A DNA stretch of 64,000 bases from Candidatus Kerfeldbacteria bacterium (GCA_043813585.1 JBDRKW010000018.1:3352-67351); one strand, 5' to 3'; positions 39,241 through 48,937 are shown, counted from the stretch's first letter. A program made the numbers and translations. The notes: a model not told the origin generated them from the letters alone.

Positions 39241-40326
39241 CTACTGCGATGGCGTCGGTACGGAGGCCGGTATAATATAAATATTATTTTGCAGTGTTAA
39301 AGGGTATGCGGTGAAGTGGATATTATCCAGGCCCGGGCTGCGGGTATTTTCGATGTGCTCCAGCCAGGCGTAGTAGGTCGTTCCCTCAAGCATAATGCTC
39401 GGTTCAAGGAAGTTCCAGCCGCTGTCTCTCATGAGTGGATTGCGCTCATCAACCGCCCAACGCACGCCGTCATCGCTGTATGCCCGGCCAATGGCTGAAT
39501 CACCGTTGTCGTTGACGCCGTGGAACCACAATTCATAGAGTTTGTTGCGCTGAACGACCACCACTGACGGGCCGCCGACAGAGGCGCTGTTCCATTCCTG
39601 CCCGCCAGTGAACACCGGATTGTTGTCATATTTCGTCCAGTGTATTCCGTCGCTGCTTGTCGCATACCCAATTGATGAGGAAGCCTTATCGCCGCTCTTG
39701 TCCATGGACCAGCCAGTATACCACATTTTATAGGTCGTTCCGTCTTTCACCACAAACGGCTGGCCGATCGAATGGTTGTCCCAGGAAGTACCATCACCAA
39801 ATTCCAGCACCGGGTTTGTTGAATTTTTCGTCCAGCGCAGGCCGTCGATGCTGGTTGCATACCCGATGCGTTCCCGTTTCGGGTCGTCAAATTCGCGCGC
39901 CGAATACCACATGCGGTACAGGTTTCCTTCCTTGATGACGCTCACGCTCGTGAAGCCGCCGGTGTCCCACAGTTTTTCCGTTTTGCCGGTGGGGTTGATG
40001 AATAGGTTGTTCAGAAGCGGGTCCGGGCGGGACAGGAAGTCCCAGTTCACGCCGTCCGCGCTGGTGGCATAGCCGATGCCGCTGCGCTCGATAATGCCGT
40101 TGCCCACGTACCACATCTTAAACAGTCGGTCTTCCTGGTCGAAGAGAACGGTCGGGCCCGTAACCTTTTCCGCGTTCCATTGTGTCGGCTCGCCAACAGA
40201 AACACTGGCGCGGGTCTGATAACTTGTTTCCGAGTCGCCATAGACATTAAACACGTCAAAAATGAGCAGCAACGCGCCGATGCCCAGTAATACCACAATT
40301 ATCAATATGACGCCCAGTCTTCCCAT
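39241..40326 (-). CDS. Membrane-anchored five-bladed beta-propeller glycoside hydrolase-like protein
   Basis: N-terminal TM; four repeats of MWY.G...IGYATS.DG..W. Confidence 0.8.
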   Translation of the reverse strand: MGRLGVILIIVVLLGIGALLLIFDVFNVYGDSETSYQTRASVSVGEPTQWNAEKVTGPTVLFDQEDRLFKMWYVGNGIIERSGIGYATSADGVNWDFLSRPDPLLNNLFINPTGKTEKLWDTGGFTSVSVIKEGNLYRMWYSAREFDDPKRERIGYATSIDGLRWTKNSTNPVLEFGDGTSWDNHSIGQPFVVKDGTTYKMWYTGWSMDKSGDKASSSIGYATSSDGIHWTKYDNNPVFTGGQEWNSASVGGPSVVVVQRNKLYELWFHGVNDNGDSAIGRAYSDDGVRWAVDERNPLMRDSGWNFLEPSIMLEGTTYYAWLEHIENTRSPGLDNIHFTAYPLTLQNNIYIIPASVPTPSQ

Positions 40327-40367
40327 ACAGGAATTAGTATATCAGTAACTTTAGTGCCAGACAATAT

Positions 40368-40570
40368 CAAAAAACAACCCCCTCAGGGGTTGTGTTTTTT
40401 TTGGAGCGGGCAGCGGGAATCGAGTTCCTGGGTTGGCGGCAGCGTGCCACTGGCACCCAGCCGATCGTTCGCTGCGCTCTTCGAGCTGGCTCACTTCCAA
40501 CCCGTTCAATTCCCGCAACCCTCTCATTCAAAGAAAAAAGCCCCCATCTGGCGATGGGAACTTTTTCCTT
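40368..40570 (-). repeat. tRNA-Gly(GCC) tail module
   Basis: 22-bp copy of tRNA 3' end (40402-40423 = 40572-40593), inverted T-arm copy 40501-40516, core similar to 47910-48010, terminators on both sides. Confidence 0.85.
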
Positions 40571-40571
40571 C

Positions 40572-40646
40572 TGGAGCGGGCAGCGGGAATCGAACCCGCA
40601 TTATCTGATTGGCAACCAGATGTAATAGCCTTTATACGATGCCCGC
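40572..40646 (-). tRNA. tRNA-Gly(GCC), CCA encoded
   Basis: TCTGG-TT-GCC-AA-TCAGA. Confidence 0.93.
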
Positions 40647-40701
40647 GAAATGCCCAAACATGATAACCGAATCGAAAAAATTCTTCAAGTGGGCAGGCGT
40701 G

Positions 40702-40773
40702 AGGCGTGGATGGGAGTCGAACCCACATATAACCGCTCTGCAGGCGGTCGCATAACCATTTTGCTACCACGCC
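40702..40773 (-). tRNA. tRNA-Cys(GCA)
   Basis: ACCGC-CT-GCA-GA-GCGGT; U73. Confidence 0.92.
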
Positions 40774-40826
40774 AAGGCGCAATGATCGTACCAAATCGCG
40801 CCCGATGAATCAAGGCGCCCGCCGCC

Positions 40827-41429
40827 CTATACTGACGGAGAAGCCTCTAAAATTTCAATGGTGGTTACCGGCGCGCCAAATGACTTGCTATTTGGCGAAT
40901 ACTCTTGCCAAATGTCGATGATATAGCATGATTTGCGCGGGTGCAGCCGATCTTCCACTGTAAAGATTTTATTTCCGTACAATTCGGGCATGCGGAGCTT
41001 GGTACCAAACGGCAGACAGTTCGCTGCCACAATACCGTCGCGCACGCGTGAACCGCTGGCAGTCGTAAACGGGTCGCCGTCGGTCTGCCACGGCACGGAA
41101 TTATACACCGTCACCTGCGACTGGTAGGTCCGTACTGCGGCCGGTTGCGGCATTAGTTCGATCTCCGGCAATCGCGGCTCGGAAACCTCGGCTGACACAG
41201 CTGCCGCATCGCCACTAATAACATGTTCATGCGCTTTATCGTTCGCCTGCAGAACCTCCATAATATTGCTGGTCTGCGACATGGTCGGAAATGGAGCAAG
41301 AATATTGTAAAGAATGGCTCCGACAAGCAGCGCCAAACCCGGCTGGAAACGGCGCGTTTTTACCAGTTGTTTTGCCCTGTATTTTGCAGCCACAGACATG
41401 GCTGAAATATAAATTGGGAGTGATTTCAT
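40827..41429 (-). CDS. 3D (MltA-like) domain protein
   Basis: T.YNS...QTD.DPF.TASG, VAAN.LPFGT, VEDR, IDIW. Confidence 0.88.
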   Translation of the reverse strand: MKSLPIYISAMSVAAKYRAKQLVKTRRFQPGLALLVGAILYNILAPFPTMSQTSNIMEVLQANDKAHEHVISGDAAAVSAEVSEPRLPEIELMPQPAAVRTYQSQVTVYNSVPWQTDGDPFTTASGSRVRDGIVAANCLPFGTKLRMPELYGNKIFTVEDRLHPRKSCYIIDIWQEYSPNSKSFGAPVTTIEILEASPSV

Positions 41430-41528
41430 AGTGTGTTTTCAATCAAAAACTTCACCACAGTAGGGGTGAAGTCCGGGCGGTAGTATACACTACCTGCAGA
41501 ATTAGTCAATGCTTAAAAGGGGCGCATT

Positions 41529-42305
41529 TTAAAGTGGATTTTCGGCGTCAAGCCAGAGGGTATTTAAACCCCATTTTTCGGCCTCTTTTTGCACTGCACG
41601 CACGCCAAACGCTTCGGAATGATAATGCCCGCCGGCAATGAAATGGATGCCTGCCTCACGGAACAGGTCGCGATTCCATTCCCGCGCTTCGCCGGTAATA
41701 AACAGGTCAATACCCTTGTCCATGAGCTCATCCATGCCGGAACTGTACGGTGCGCCTGCGCCTGTGGCCACAACAATGCGTTTGACTTCATCAGGACCAT
41801 CATCATAGACGACCGTGCGTTCACTGAAATGCGGTTTAAGTGTTGCGACCACAGATTCCAATGTTGAACCATTTTGTAGTTCACCAACAGAACCCCATGG
41901 CGCGCCGTCCGACAGGTATGCTTCGGTGCGCCGGCCGTCCAGCAGTTTGATAATCTGCGCCGGATGCCCCAGCTCCGGATGCGCGTCCAGGAGAAAATGA
42001 GACGACCAGAGCGTGATGTCGTTCTTGATCAGGTACGCCAGCCGTTCGTAGGAGAGCCGGTCCAGGTTCGGCGCCTGCATGTTGATGCCGTGATGCACCA
42101 CGATCGCATCGCAACCTGCCTTCTTCGCCATTTCAAACAGCTTCATGTTTGCAGAAACGCCAAAACCGATTGTTTGTATCTCATCTTTACCGCGGGACTG
42201 GAGGCCGTTAGAAAGACTGTCCTGTGCAACAAAAGAAGCCAACTCATCTGTGAGCAACAAAGCTTTCATTTTGTCATTGAATTCCTCGAGTGATAGTGAT
42301 TTCAT
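41529..42305 (-). CDS. Nif3-like dinuclear metal center protein
   Basis: NGLQ, VVHHG, H..LDAHPELG, ITGE, GHY.SE.FG. Confidence 0.92.
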   Translation of the reverse strand: MKSLSLEEFNDKMKALLLTDELASFVAQDSLSNGLQSRGKDEIQTIGFGVSANMKLFEMAKKAGCDAIVVHHGINMQAPNLDRLSYERLAYLIKNDITLWSSHFLLDAHPELGHPAQIIKLLDGRRTEAYLSDGAPWGSVGELQNGSTLESVVATLKPHFSERTVVYDDGPDEVKRIVVATGAGAPYSSGMDELMDKGIDLFITGEAREWNRDLFREAGIHFIAGGHYHSEAFGVRAVQKEAEKWGLNTLWLDAENPL

Positions 42306-42310
42306 GCGAT

Positions 42311-43081
42311 TTATTGATACTGACCCCAGGTGACTATGTTTGGCTCTACTCCCCCTAAAGCTCCGATAAATTCGTCAGGAGTCGGGTTTGTCCGAACCTG
42401 GCATTCTTCAAACGCATCAAAATTATAGTAATGGTTCTCCTGGAGACCGATGTCATTAATATCAACACCGTCAATATGCCATTCAGGAAAGTCGGCCGGC
42501 GGTTCGTTCGTATAAAACATCGTCACCGGGATTTTTGTGTTGAAGTCATAGACGATAAAACCCGCAACATCGCCAATTTTCCCGCCTGTTGATTCAGGGT
42601 CCTCATTCAGGTATGTACGCTCACCGGTTTGCAGGTCAATGACAGTTGCCCGTTGATCCCAAGGCACTGATGCAAGTGCCGGCATCGTGTCTGGCGGCCA
42701 TGTTTGCTGATCGACGAGGAATAGTTCCCATGCGCGAGTATAGTCGCCGAACCGGCCATCTGTTTCATCTGGATTGGCTGCAACTTCCGGCGGATAGACA
42801 GCAAACCTATTGCCATCGATCTCGACGACAGGGAGGGGTTCAACAATTGGATATTGTGAGATATATGCTGAACCGACAAAATCCGTTTGTTGTTGGCAAT
42901 CATGGGTAACAAAGAGGGGTATTCCCGGTTCACCGGCTTGGTCATCTGCAGTTACCGTATCATCCGGAGCCGTTGCAGAAGTATCCTTCTCTTTGTCGGG
43001 ACATTCCATGATTTGGCCCATAAAAACAATCACAGCGCCGATTAAGAGGATTGAGCGTAATAATGAAGATGTAATGCGCAT
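42311..43081 (-). CDS. Hypothetical exported protein
   Basis: N-terminal hydrophobic signal; AT-richer than neighbours. Confidence 0.65.
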   Translation of the reverse strand: MRITSSLLRSILLIGAVIVFMGQIMECPDKEKDTSATAPDDTVTADDQAGEPGIPLFVTHDCQQQTDFVGSAYISQYPIVEPLPVVEIDGNRFAVYPPEVAANPDETDGRFGDYTRAWELFLVDQQTWPPDTMPALASVPWDQRATVIDLQTGERTYLNEDPESTGGKIGDVAGFIVYDFNTKIPVTMFYTNEPPADFPEWHIDGVDINDIGLQENHYYNFDAFEECQVRTNPTPDEFIGALGGVEPNIVTWGQYQ

Positions 43082-43200
43082 AGTATGTATTAATTGCCTA
43101 TTATTGGCGAAGTGACGCCTTATGATTAAATAATATAATGTTCTGAGCATTATGTATACGCAGGTAAAAAAAGAGCCCGGAACCGTACGTTGCGAGCCAG

Positions 43201-44529
43201 TCAGTCCGTCTGGGACAGGCTGTAGTCGCCGAGCACCCGCTCGAAGATCTCATCTCGATGGGTGACGTAGGTTTCGGGGTTGAAGATCTCCTCCACCAGA
43301 TCCTCAGGAAGCGCCAGGACGCGGTCGTCCTTGAAGAGCTCGCCGCGGAAGTTGAGGGTCGGGTTATCCCAGACCGCCAGAGCAGCAGGCTGCACCGCGG
43401 CGTAGGCCTCTTCGCGCGACAGGCCGCTCTCGATGAGCGCGAGCATGATGCGCTGGCTGGCCCACAGGTCGTTCGAGCTATGGAGGTTCTCGAGCATCCG
43501 ATTGGGCCGCACCACCAGCCGGTCCATCAGGCTGTTGAACCTCCGCAGGGTGAAGTGCAGGAGGTTGCAGGCATCCGGCAGAATCACGCGCTCGACGGAC
43601 GAGTGGCTGATGTCCCGCTCGTGCCAGAGCGCGATGTTCTCCATAGCCGCGATGGAGTAGGAGCGCAGCAGCCGCGCCGCGCCGGTGACGTTCTCCGTCA
43701 GGATGGGGTTCTTCTTGTGCGGCATTGCACTCGAACCCTTCTGTCCCTTGCCGAACGGCTCCATGGCCTCGCTGACTTCGGTGCGCTGCAGGTGGCGGAT
43801 CTCCACCGCATACCGCTCCAGGCAGGAGCCAAGGAGCGCCAGCGCCGTGATGAACGCGGCGTGCCGGTCTCGGCTGATCACCTGGGTGGTTACCGAGGCG
43901 ACGCCGATGCCGAGCCGGTTGCACACGTGGATCTCCACCATCGGGTCGACGGTGGAGTAGGTGCCCACCGCGCCGCTGATCGCGCCGACCGCGGCGTCGT
44001 GGATCGCCATCTCCAGCCGGAACTTGCACCGTACGAGCTCGTCGTACCAGCCGAGCAGCTTGAGCCCGAAGGTCGTGGGCTCGGCGTGGATACCGTGGGT
44101 GCGCCCAATACAGATGTCGTCCTTGTGCTCGAGCGCCCGCCGGCGCACGGTCTCGATGACCGTATCCAGCATCTCCATGATCAGCTCGCCGGCTTCGGCG
44201 ATCTGCTTGCCCGTGCCCGTGTCGAGTACGTCGGAGCTGGTCATGCCCTTGTGCAGGTGACGGCCCGGCTCGCCCGCGAGTTCATTCACCACCTGCTGGA
44301 ACGCCACCACGTCGTGGTGCAGCGTCTTCTCGTAGGTGGCGGCCATCTGCAGCATGCCCGTGGTGACCCGGGGGACCTTCGCGCGCACGTGCGCCGCCGT
44401 GCCGGGCGGGACCGTGCCGAGCTCCTCCATGGCTTCGGTCGCGAAGATCCAGGTGTCCAGGATACGCTGCCAGCGGTTCTCCTCGCACCAGACCTTCATC
44501 ATCTCCGGGGTAGAGTACCTGGTAATCAT
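43201..44529 (-). CDS. purB: Adenylosuccinate lyase
   Basis: MI.RYS, HDVVAF, GMTSSD..DT, GRTHGIHAEPTT.G, GSSAMPHKKNP, ERDISHSSVER. Confidence 0.96.
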   Translation of the reverse strand: MITRYSTPEMMKVWCEENRWQRILDTWIFATEAMEELGTVPPGTAAHVRAKVPRVTTGMLQMAATYEKTLHHDVVAFQQVVNELAGEPGRHLHKGMTSSDVLDTGTGKQIAEAGELIMEMLDTVIETVRRRALEHKDDICIGRTHGIHAEPTTFGLKLLGWYDELVRCKFRLEMAIHDAAVGAISGAVGTYSTVDPMVEIHVCNRLGIGVASVTTQVISRDRHAAFITALALLGSCLERYAVEIRHLQRTEVSEAMEPFGKGQKGSSAMPHKKNPILTENVTGAARLLRSYSIAAMENIALWHERDISHSSVERVILPDACNLLHFTLRRFNSLMDRLVVRPNRMLENLHSSNDLWASQRIMLALIESGLSREEAYAAVQPAALAVWDNPTLNFRGELFKDDRVLALPEDLVEEIFNPETYVTHRDEIFERVLGDYSLSQTD

Positions 44530-44662
44530 TGGTTTCCTCCTCGTTTTCCCTGGTTTCCCAGTTTGTTTTCAAGTTGCCAACGTACCTTACCAAAGCGCCG
44601 CGTTTTTGCAACTGAAAAAACCGCTTAAACAGCGGGCACAGCGCAGATTAGCGATATTCTAA

Positions 44663-46381
44663 CTACTTCTTGCTTTTTATTTCTTCGGAATAGAGTTCAT
44701 CCAGGATTTCATCGGCATACTGTATAAACAATTCACGTTCCCGCTCAAGCGTTTGATGGATGCCTTCCTGGCCGACGTCGTTCTCCTTGTACATCTCTTT
44801 CAGGTCCACTTCCCTATGCAATCCATCTTCTATTAACCCCGCCCGTTCCCGGAATGCATCAAACGCTTCATTTGGCGTTTGTTGTTCGTAGTAGATTATT
44901 TTAGACGGCCTCTTTCCGGTTCGGTCAAAGTATGATTCCCAATATTCGCGTGACGTCACGGTTTTCTCAGCTAGCTTATTTGTCATGCCCAGTCCCCTCA
45001 TAACGTTCGCAAAATGAAAATCATCAAATTCGCCATGAGTTGAAAAAGGTACATCATGAAGCGTCTGGTTGAAAAAATCATTGAGTGCATTAAAGGCGGG
45101 AGACCTTGTATCCATTACTGCGTCGCGGAACCTTGGGTCAGTTACCCCATGTTTCTCGGCAAGTTTTAATAGTGGGTCAACTGCTGATTGCGCCTCGCGC
45201 AATGACAACTCCGCTTCCTTCAGGGCGGTTTCTGCATCCTCCGTGCTATAAGAATCAGAGCCATATCGTTCAATCATTTCACTCAAGTTTTGTTTTGAAT
45301 CCAGTACAGCGCGAGAGTTGCTGTAGAGATCATTAATCGCAGAACCCATGCCACCCCAAAGTGCTTTTGTTTCAGGCGCCTGAATGAGGCGTTTCAAAGC
45401 TTCAAGCTGGTCGGTATTTGGAACCGGTTGTCCATCCGCATCAACCATATACCGCGAGCCGGTTTCCGGATCTACCGGTGTGTTTTCGGGGAGGAAGGTG
45501 ATGGCGGAATCAACCGGCAGGTCGCCGGACTTTTTTTCTTTTGAAAGCAGCCAAAAATCATTGTACTGGGAACTTTCTATTACTTCATTTGGTCCAAATC
45601 GTTCAGGAATATTGAACTTCTGTGAACCGATGCTGTAATTTGCCGCGATATAGGCAACCGGATAGACAAAGAAGATTTCATTATTTCGTTCACCTCCATA
45701 GTATGCATCCGCAACAGTATCAAGCGCGACATGCACTGCTTTTTGGTCGGCAAACTCTGAAGAGGCTGATGCAACTTCAGATGTTGTGAGGAAGTCCACT
45801 ACGCGACTGGCAGCAGCGCCTCGAGTCTTATGATATTTTTTTACTTCCAATATTTTTTCAATCACTTCACGGACAGTATCTTTTGTAACACCGTCCAATA
45901 AATACTGCTCCAATATCGATCGGACGGAGCCGTTTTCCATCACGCCCTCAAACCCGCGGTTGAATTCACCATAACCGCCTGTATGGTGGGAGATATTATC
46001 ACGGATGCCTTGGCGGGTGATATGCGTTACGAACCGCGGCGGTACCTTGCGCAACAACTCAACATATTCGTCCAACGAGAGCTCCGACAGGTTTTCTGTT
46101 GTGAACTGTTCATCGATCTCTTCTTTTGAAAGTGGCAGCTCTTTATAATCTTTTTCAACGTCACTATAAAATTTCTCTAACACCTTCTGCGGAGGGAGAT
46201 ACATCCGCCGGTATTCTTCTGCGGCCTCCGGGTCTGTCGCTTCAAGTTCCCGAGCCGTGCGGCGAAATTCAAGAAGCCACGCTGCCTCTTCGCGCCGTTT
46301 TTCTGCCCATTCAGGAACATGCTGTGAATATTCACGCAAATCCTTCTTTTTGGGTTTTCGTTCGAATATCGGTACAACCAT
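44663..46381 (-). CDS. Large acidic hypothetical protein
   Basis: 572-aa open frame; no family recognised; motifs THITRQGIRD.., H.A...VAD.YYGGE. Confidence 0.75.
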   Translation of the reverse strand: MVVPIFERKPKKKDLREYSQHVPEWAEKRREEAAWLLEFRRTARELEATDPEAAEEYRRMYLPPQKVLEKFYSDVEKDYKELPLSKEEIDEQFTTENLSELSLDEYVELLRKVPPRFVTHITRQGIRDNISHHTGGYGEFNRGFEGVMENGSVRSILEQYLLDGVTKDTVREVIEKILEVKKYHKTRGAAASRVVDFLTTSEVASASSEFADQKAVHVALDTVADAYYGGERNNEIFFVYPVAYIAANYSIGSQKFNIPERFGPNEVIESSQYNDFWLLSKEKKSGDLPVDSAITFLPENTPVDPETGSRYMVDADGQPVPNTDQLEALKRLIQAPETKALWGGMGSAINDLYSNSRAVLDSKQNLSEMIERYGSDSYSTEDAETALKEAELSLREAQSAVDPLLKLAEKHGVTDPRFRDAVMDTRSPAFNALNDFFNQTLHDVPFSTHGEFDDFHFANVMRGLGMTNKLAEKTVTSREYWESYFDRTGKRPSKIIYYEQQTPNEAFDAFRERAGLIEDGLHREVDLKEMYKENDVGQEGIHQTLERERELFIQYADEILDELYSEEIKSKK

Positions 46382-46538
46382 GGTTAGCATAGTATCGGAA
46401 CCATTGACAAAAGGCAACAACCGTGCTACATTACTCTGCAGTTTTCATAACGCCATCAGTTGCGTACGTGCTCCCTATCGAATCGTACAGTAAGTGTTGT
46501 CGGTACGGGAACACTTTACTAAATGAGTACAACGAAAA

Positions 46539-47873
46539 ATGAAATTTAACGACCTCGGGCTGGATCAGCCCATTCTTGATGTGTTGCAGAAGAAGCAGAT
46601 TACAGACCCTACTCCCATTCAGGAGCAGAGTATTCTGCCCATACTTAAAGGCGACGACGTTCTGGGCATTGCCATGACCGGAACAGGCAAGACACTGGCG
46701 TTTGTCATGCCGATTTTGCAGCAATTGGTAAATGAGCGCGCGACAGAAACGGGCGCAGCTCTTATTATTACGCCGACGCGCGAACTCGCAAGCCAGATTG
46801 AAGAGGCAGTGCGCTGGTTTGAGCACGCCACGAAGATGAAATCAACGGTTATCGTCGGGGGAGCGCCCGAAGGCAAGCAGGTGCAGGCGCTGCGGCGCCG
46901 GCCGCAAATTGTTGTTGCCACGCCCGGCCGTTTGCAGGATTTGCTGGACCAAAAAAAGATCCGCCTGAACAACACGAAGCACATTGTTCTTGACGAAGCC
47001 GACCGCATGCTCGATATGGGGTTTGCGCCGCAGATCAACAAGATTTTCCAGCACGTGCCGGGGCCGGAGGAGCGGCAGCTGCTGCTCTTTTCCGCGACCA
47101 TGCCGAACACCATCCTTAAAATGGTGCAGACGATGATGCGCAACCCGGTGCATATTGAAATTGCGCCGTCCGGTTCCACGATTGAGGCAACAAAGCAGGA
47201 GGTCGTAATCATGCAGCAGAACCACCGCAAGGACGCGCTACTGGAATTACTGGACGCCACCAAAGGAACCATCCTGGTCTTTACCAGAACGAAATACCAG
47301 GCGAAGAACATCAACCGATGGTTGCGCGGTAAGAATTACAAATCAGAAGAGCTTCATGGCAACCAGTCATTGCCTCAGCGCAGGCGCGCGCTTGATGCGG
47401 TGATGAAGAAGCGTTCCAGAATATTAATTGCAACTGACATTGCAGCACGCGGAATTGATATTCCGCACATTGAACTGGTGGTCAACTTTATTCTGCCGGA
47501 CAATCCGGAAGACTATGTCCACCGCATCGGACGCACCGGACGCGCGGGCCGTTCAGGCCGGGCCATTTCATTTGTGGCGACAAACCAGGCGGAAGAGCTG
47601 CAGGCCATTCAGAAGGTGATTAATATGCGCATTGAGCAGACGCAGCTGAAAAGCATTCCGGGCGCATCACTGGATCCGACAGCAACACCGCAGCGGAAAG
47701 GCCGCCGGCCTCAAAACCGAAGCGGCGGAGGAGGTAGCTTCAGCCGCAATCAAAACCGCGGTCGGAATAGCGGACAAGGCAGACAGCGCAGCCGCGGCAG
47801 CCAGAGCAACAGCCCAGGCGGCAAAAGACGCAGCCGAAGCGGCTCTGCACCCAAAGCCAGAATCTACACATAA
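46539..47873 (+). CDS. DEAD-box RNA helicase
   Basis: Q motif, TGTGKT, PTRELA, DEAD, SAT, HRIGRTGRAG, RG/RS-rich tail; promoter TTGACA-N17-TACATT at 46404-46432. Confidence 0.96.
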   Translation: MKFNDLGLDQPILDVLQKKQITDPTPIQEQSILPILKGDDVLGIAMTGTGKTLAFVMPILQQLVNERATETGAALIITPTRELASQIEEAVRWFEHATKMKSTVIVGGAPEGKQVQALRRRPQIVVATPGRLQDLLDQKKIRLNNTKHIVLDEADRMLDMGFAPQINKIFQHVPGPEERQLLLFSATMPNTILKMVQTMMRNPVHIEIAPSGSTIEATKQEVVIMQQNHRKDALLELLDATKGTILVFTRTKYQAKNINRWLRGKNYKSEELHGNQSLPQRRRALDAVMKKRSRILIATDIAARGIDIPHIELVVNFILPDNPEDYVHRIGRTGRAGRSGRAISFVATNQAEELQAIQKVINMRIEQTQLKSIPGASLDPTATPQRKGRRPQNRSGGGGSFSRNQNRGRNSGQGRQRSRGSQSNSPGGKRRSRSGSAPKARIYT

Positions 47874-47874
47874 C

Positions 47875-48062
47875 AAAAGCAGCCCCTCGCGGGCTGTTTT
47901 TCCTTCTTGAGCGGGAATCGAGTCCCTGGGTTGGCGACAGCGTGCCGTAGGCACCCTGCCGATCGTTCGGCTGCACTCTCCGAGCTTGCCTCACTTCCAA
48001 CCCGTTCGATCCATCTTTCTACACGATTAAAAAACAGCACCCGTAAGAAAGTGCAGTTTTTC
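47875..48062 (-). repeat. tRNA-Gly(TCC) tail module
   Basis: About 100-bp core homologous to 40413-40510; shortened copy of tRNA 3' end; flanking terminators. Confidence 0.85.
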
Positions 48063-48068
48063 TGAATG

Positions 48069-48140
48069 AGCGGGTAGCGGGAATCGAACCCGCATCTTCA
48101 GGTTGGAAACCTGACATAATAGCCGTTATACTATACCCGC
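48069..48140 (-). tRNA. tRNA-Gly(TCC)
   Basis: TCAGG-TT-TCC-AA-CCTGA. Confidence 0.93.
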
Positions 48141-48244
48141 GCGTCGCACATTCGCGCAAAACAGAGTCTACACGGAATAATCATTTTTTTCAAGTGCAGG
48201 AATCAAAAAGCCGCCCGAAGGGGCGGCTCTTTTCATATATAAGG

Positions 48245-48937
48245 TTACTGTCTTGGGATGATTGTTAGCGGGTCGCTGTATTTTCCCTTATTACTCTTGT
48301 TATAGACGCCCTTCACCTTGATTGTATAAAACTTGGAGGGCCTGAGGTTATTGATCGTCCGCTTTGGATACTGCTTCGTGGTCCCCGAAGTTTTCTTTAT
48401 CAGCTGTATGGTCTTCCCTTTTTCGTTGATCACGCGGACCAGGAAGTAGCGGATCTTGCCGCGCGGTTTTTCCCACTGGATTTGCACTGATTCAGGGTAT
48501 ACGGCGGCGGCGCTCAGGGAATCGACCTTTTCCGGCTTTGTCCGGAATGATTTTGCTTCCGAGAAAACGCCCGGAATCTCGTCGCTGTTAACCGGCTTGA
48601 TGCGCACATAGTACGCTTTGTTGGACTTTTCAAGAATGCGCTCGCCCAGCTTTTTATAGGTGTTCGTGACGTCCGTAAAAATGCCGACCTGCGTGCCGTT
48701 GCGGCCGTACACTTCAACAATATATTTAACCGTATGCTCGCTTGGCGCCCAATGGATGGTTGCCTTATGCGGTTTGCGGTTTTCTATCCAAATATTAGTC
48801 GGGGCTTTTGGAACGGCCTGGTCTTCAACAGCCGCCTGCGCAGGCAGGATGGTGAGCGCCAAAAAAGTCGCGGTCATGCCAAGGGCAGTCAGAGCGCGGG
48901 CGATGAGCGGAAAGTGGTTTAGCAGTTTGTATGTCAT
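48245..48937 (-). CDS. Secreted basic protein with two fibronectin type III domains
   Basis: Signal peptide ending AQA; W...Y...L.P...Y...V FN3 pattern twice. Confidence 0.82.
   Translation of the reverse strand: MTYKLLNHFPLIARALTALGMTATFLALTILPAQAAVEDQAVPKAPTNIWIENRKPHKATIHWAPSEHTVKYIVEVYGRNGTQVGIFTDVTNTYKKLGERILEKSNKAYYVRIKPVNSDEIPGVFSEAKSFRTKPEKVDSLSAAAVYPESVQIQWEKPRGKIRYFLVRVINEKGKTIQLIKKTSGTTKQYPKRTINNLRPSKFYTIKVKGVYNKSNKGKYSDPLTIIPRQ

Noticed and set aside
40402-40593. Prophage or island attL/attR interpretation of the duplicated tRNA ends
   Set aside because: Only about 150 bp enclosed and no integrase in the window. A decayed island would not explain the conserved core and inverted arm, though it is not fully excluded.
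40354-40794. Short ORFs over tRNAs and tail modules (also 2147-2859 and 47667-48000)
   Set aside because: Overlap tRNA genes and palindromic repeats; not protein-like.
43258-44628. 456-aa plus-strand ORF
   Set aside because: Antisense shadow of GC-rich purB; no motifs.
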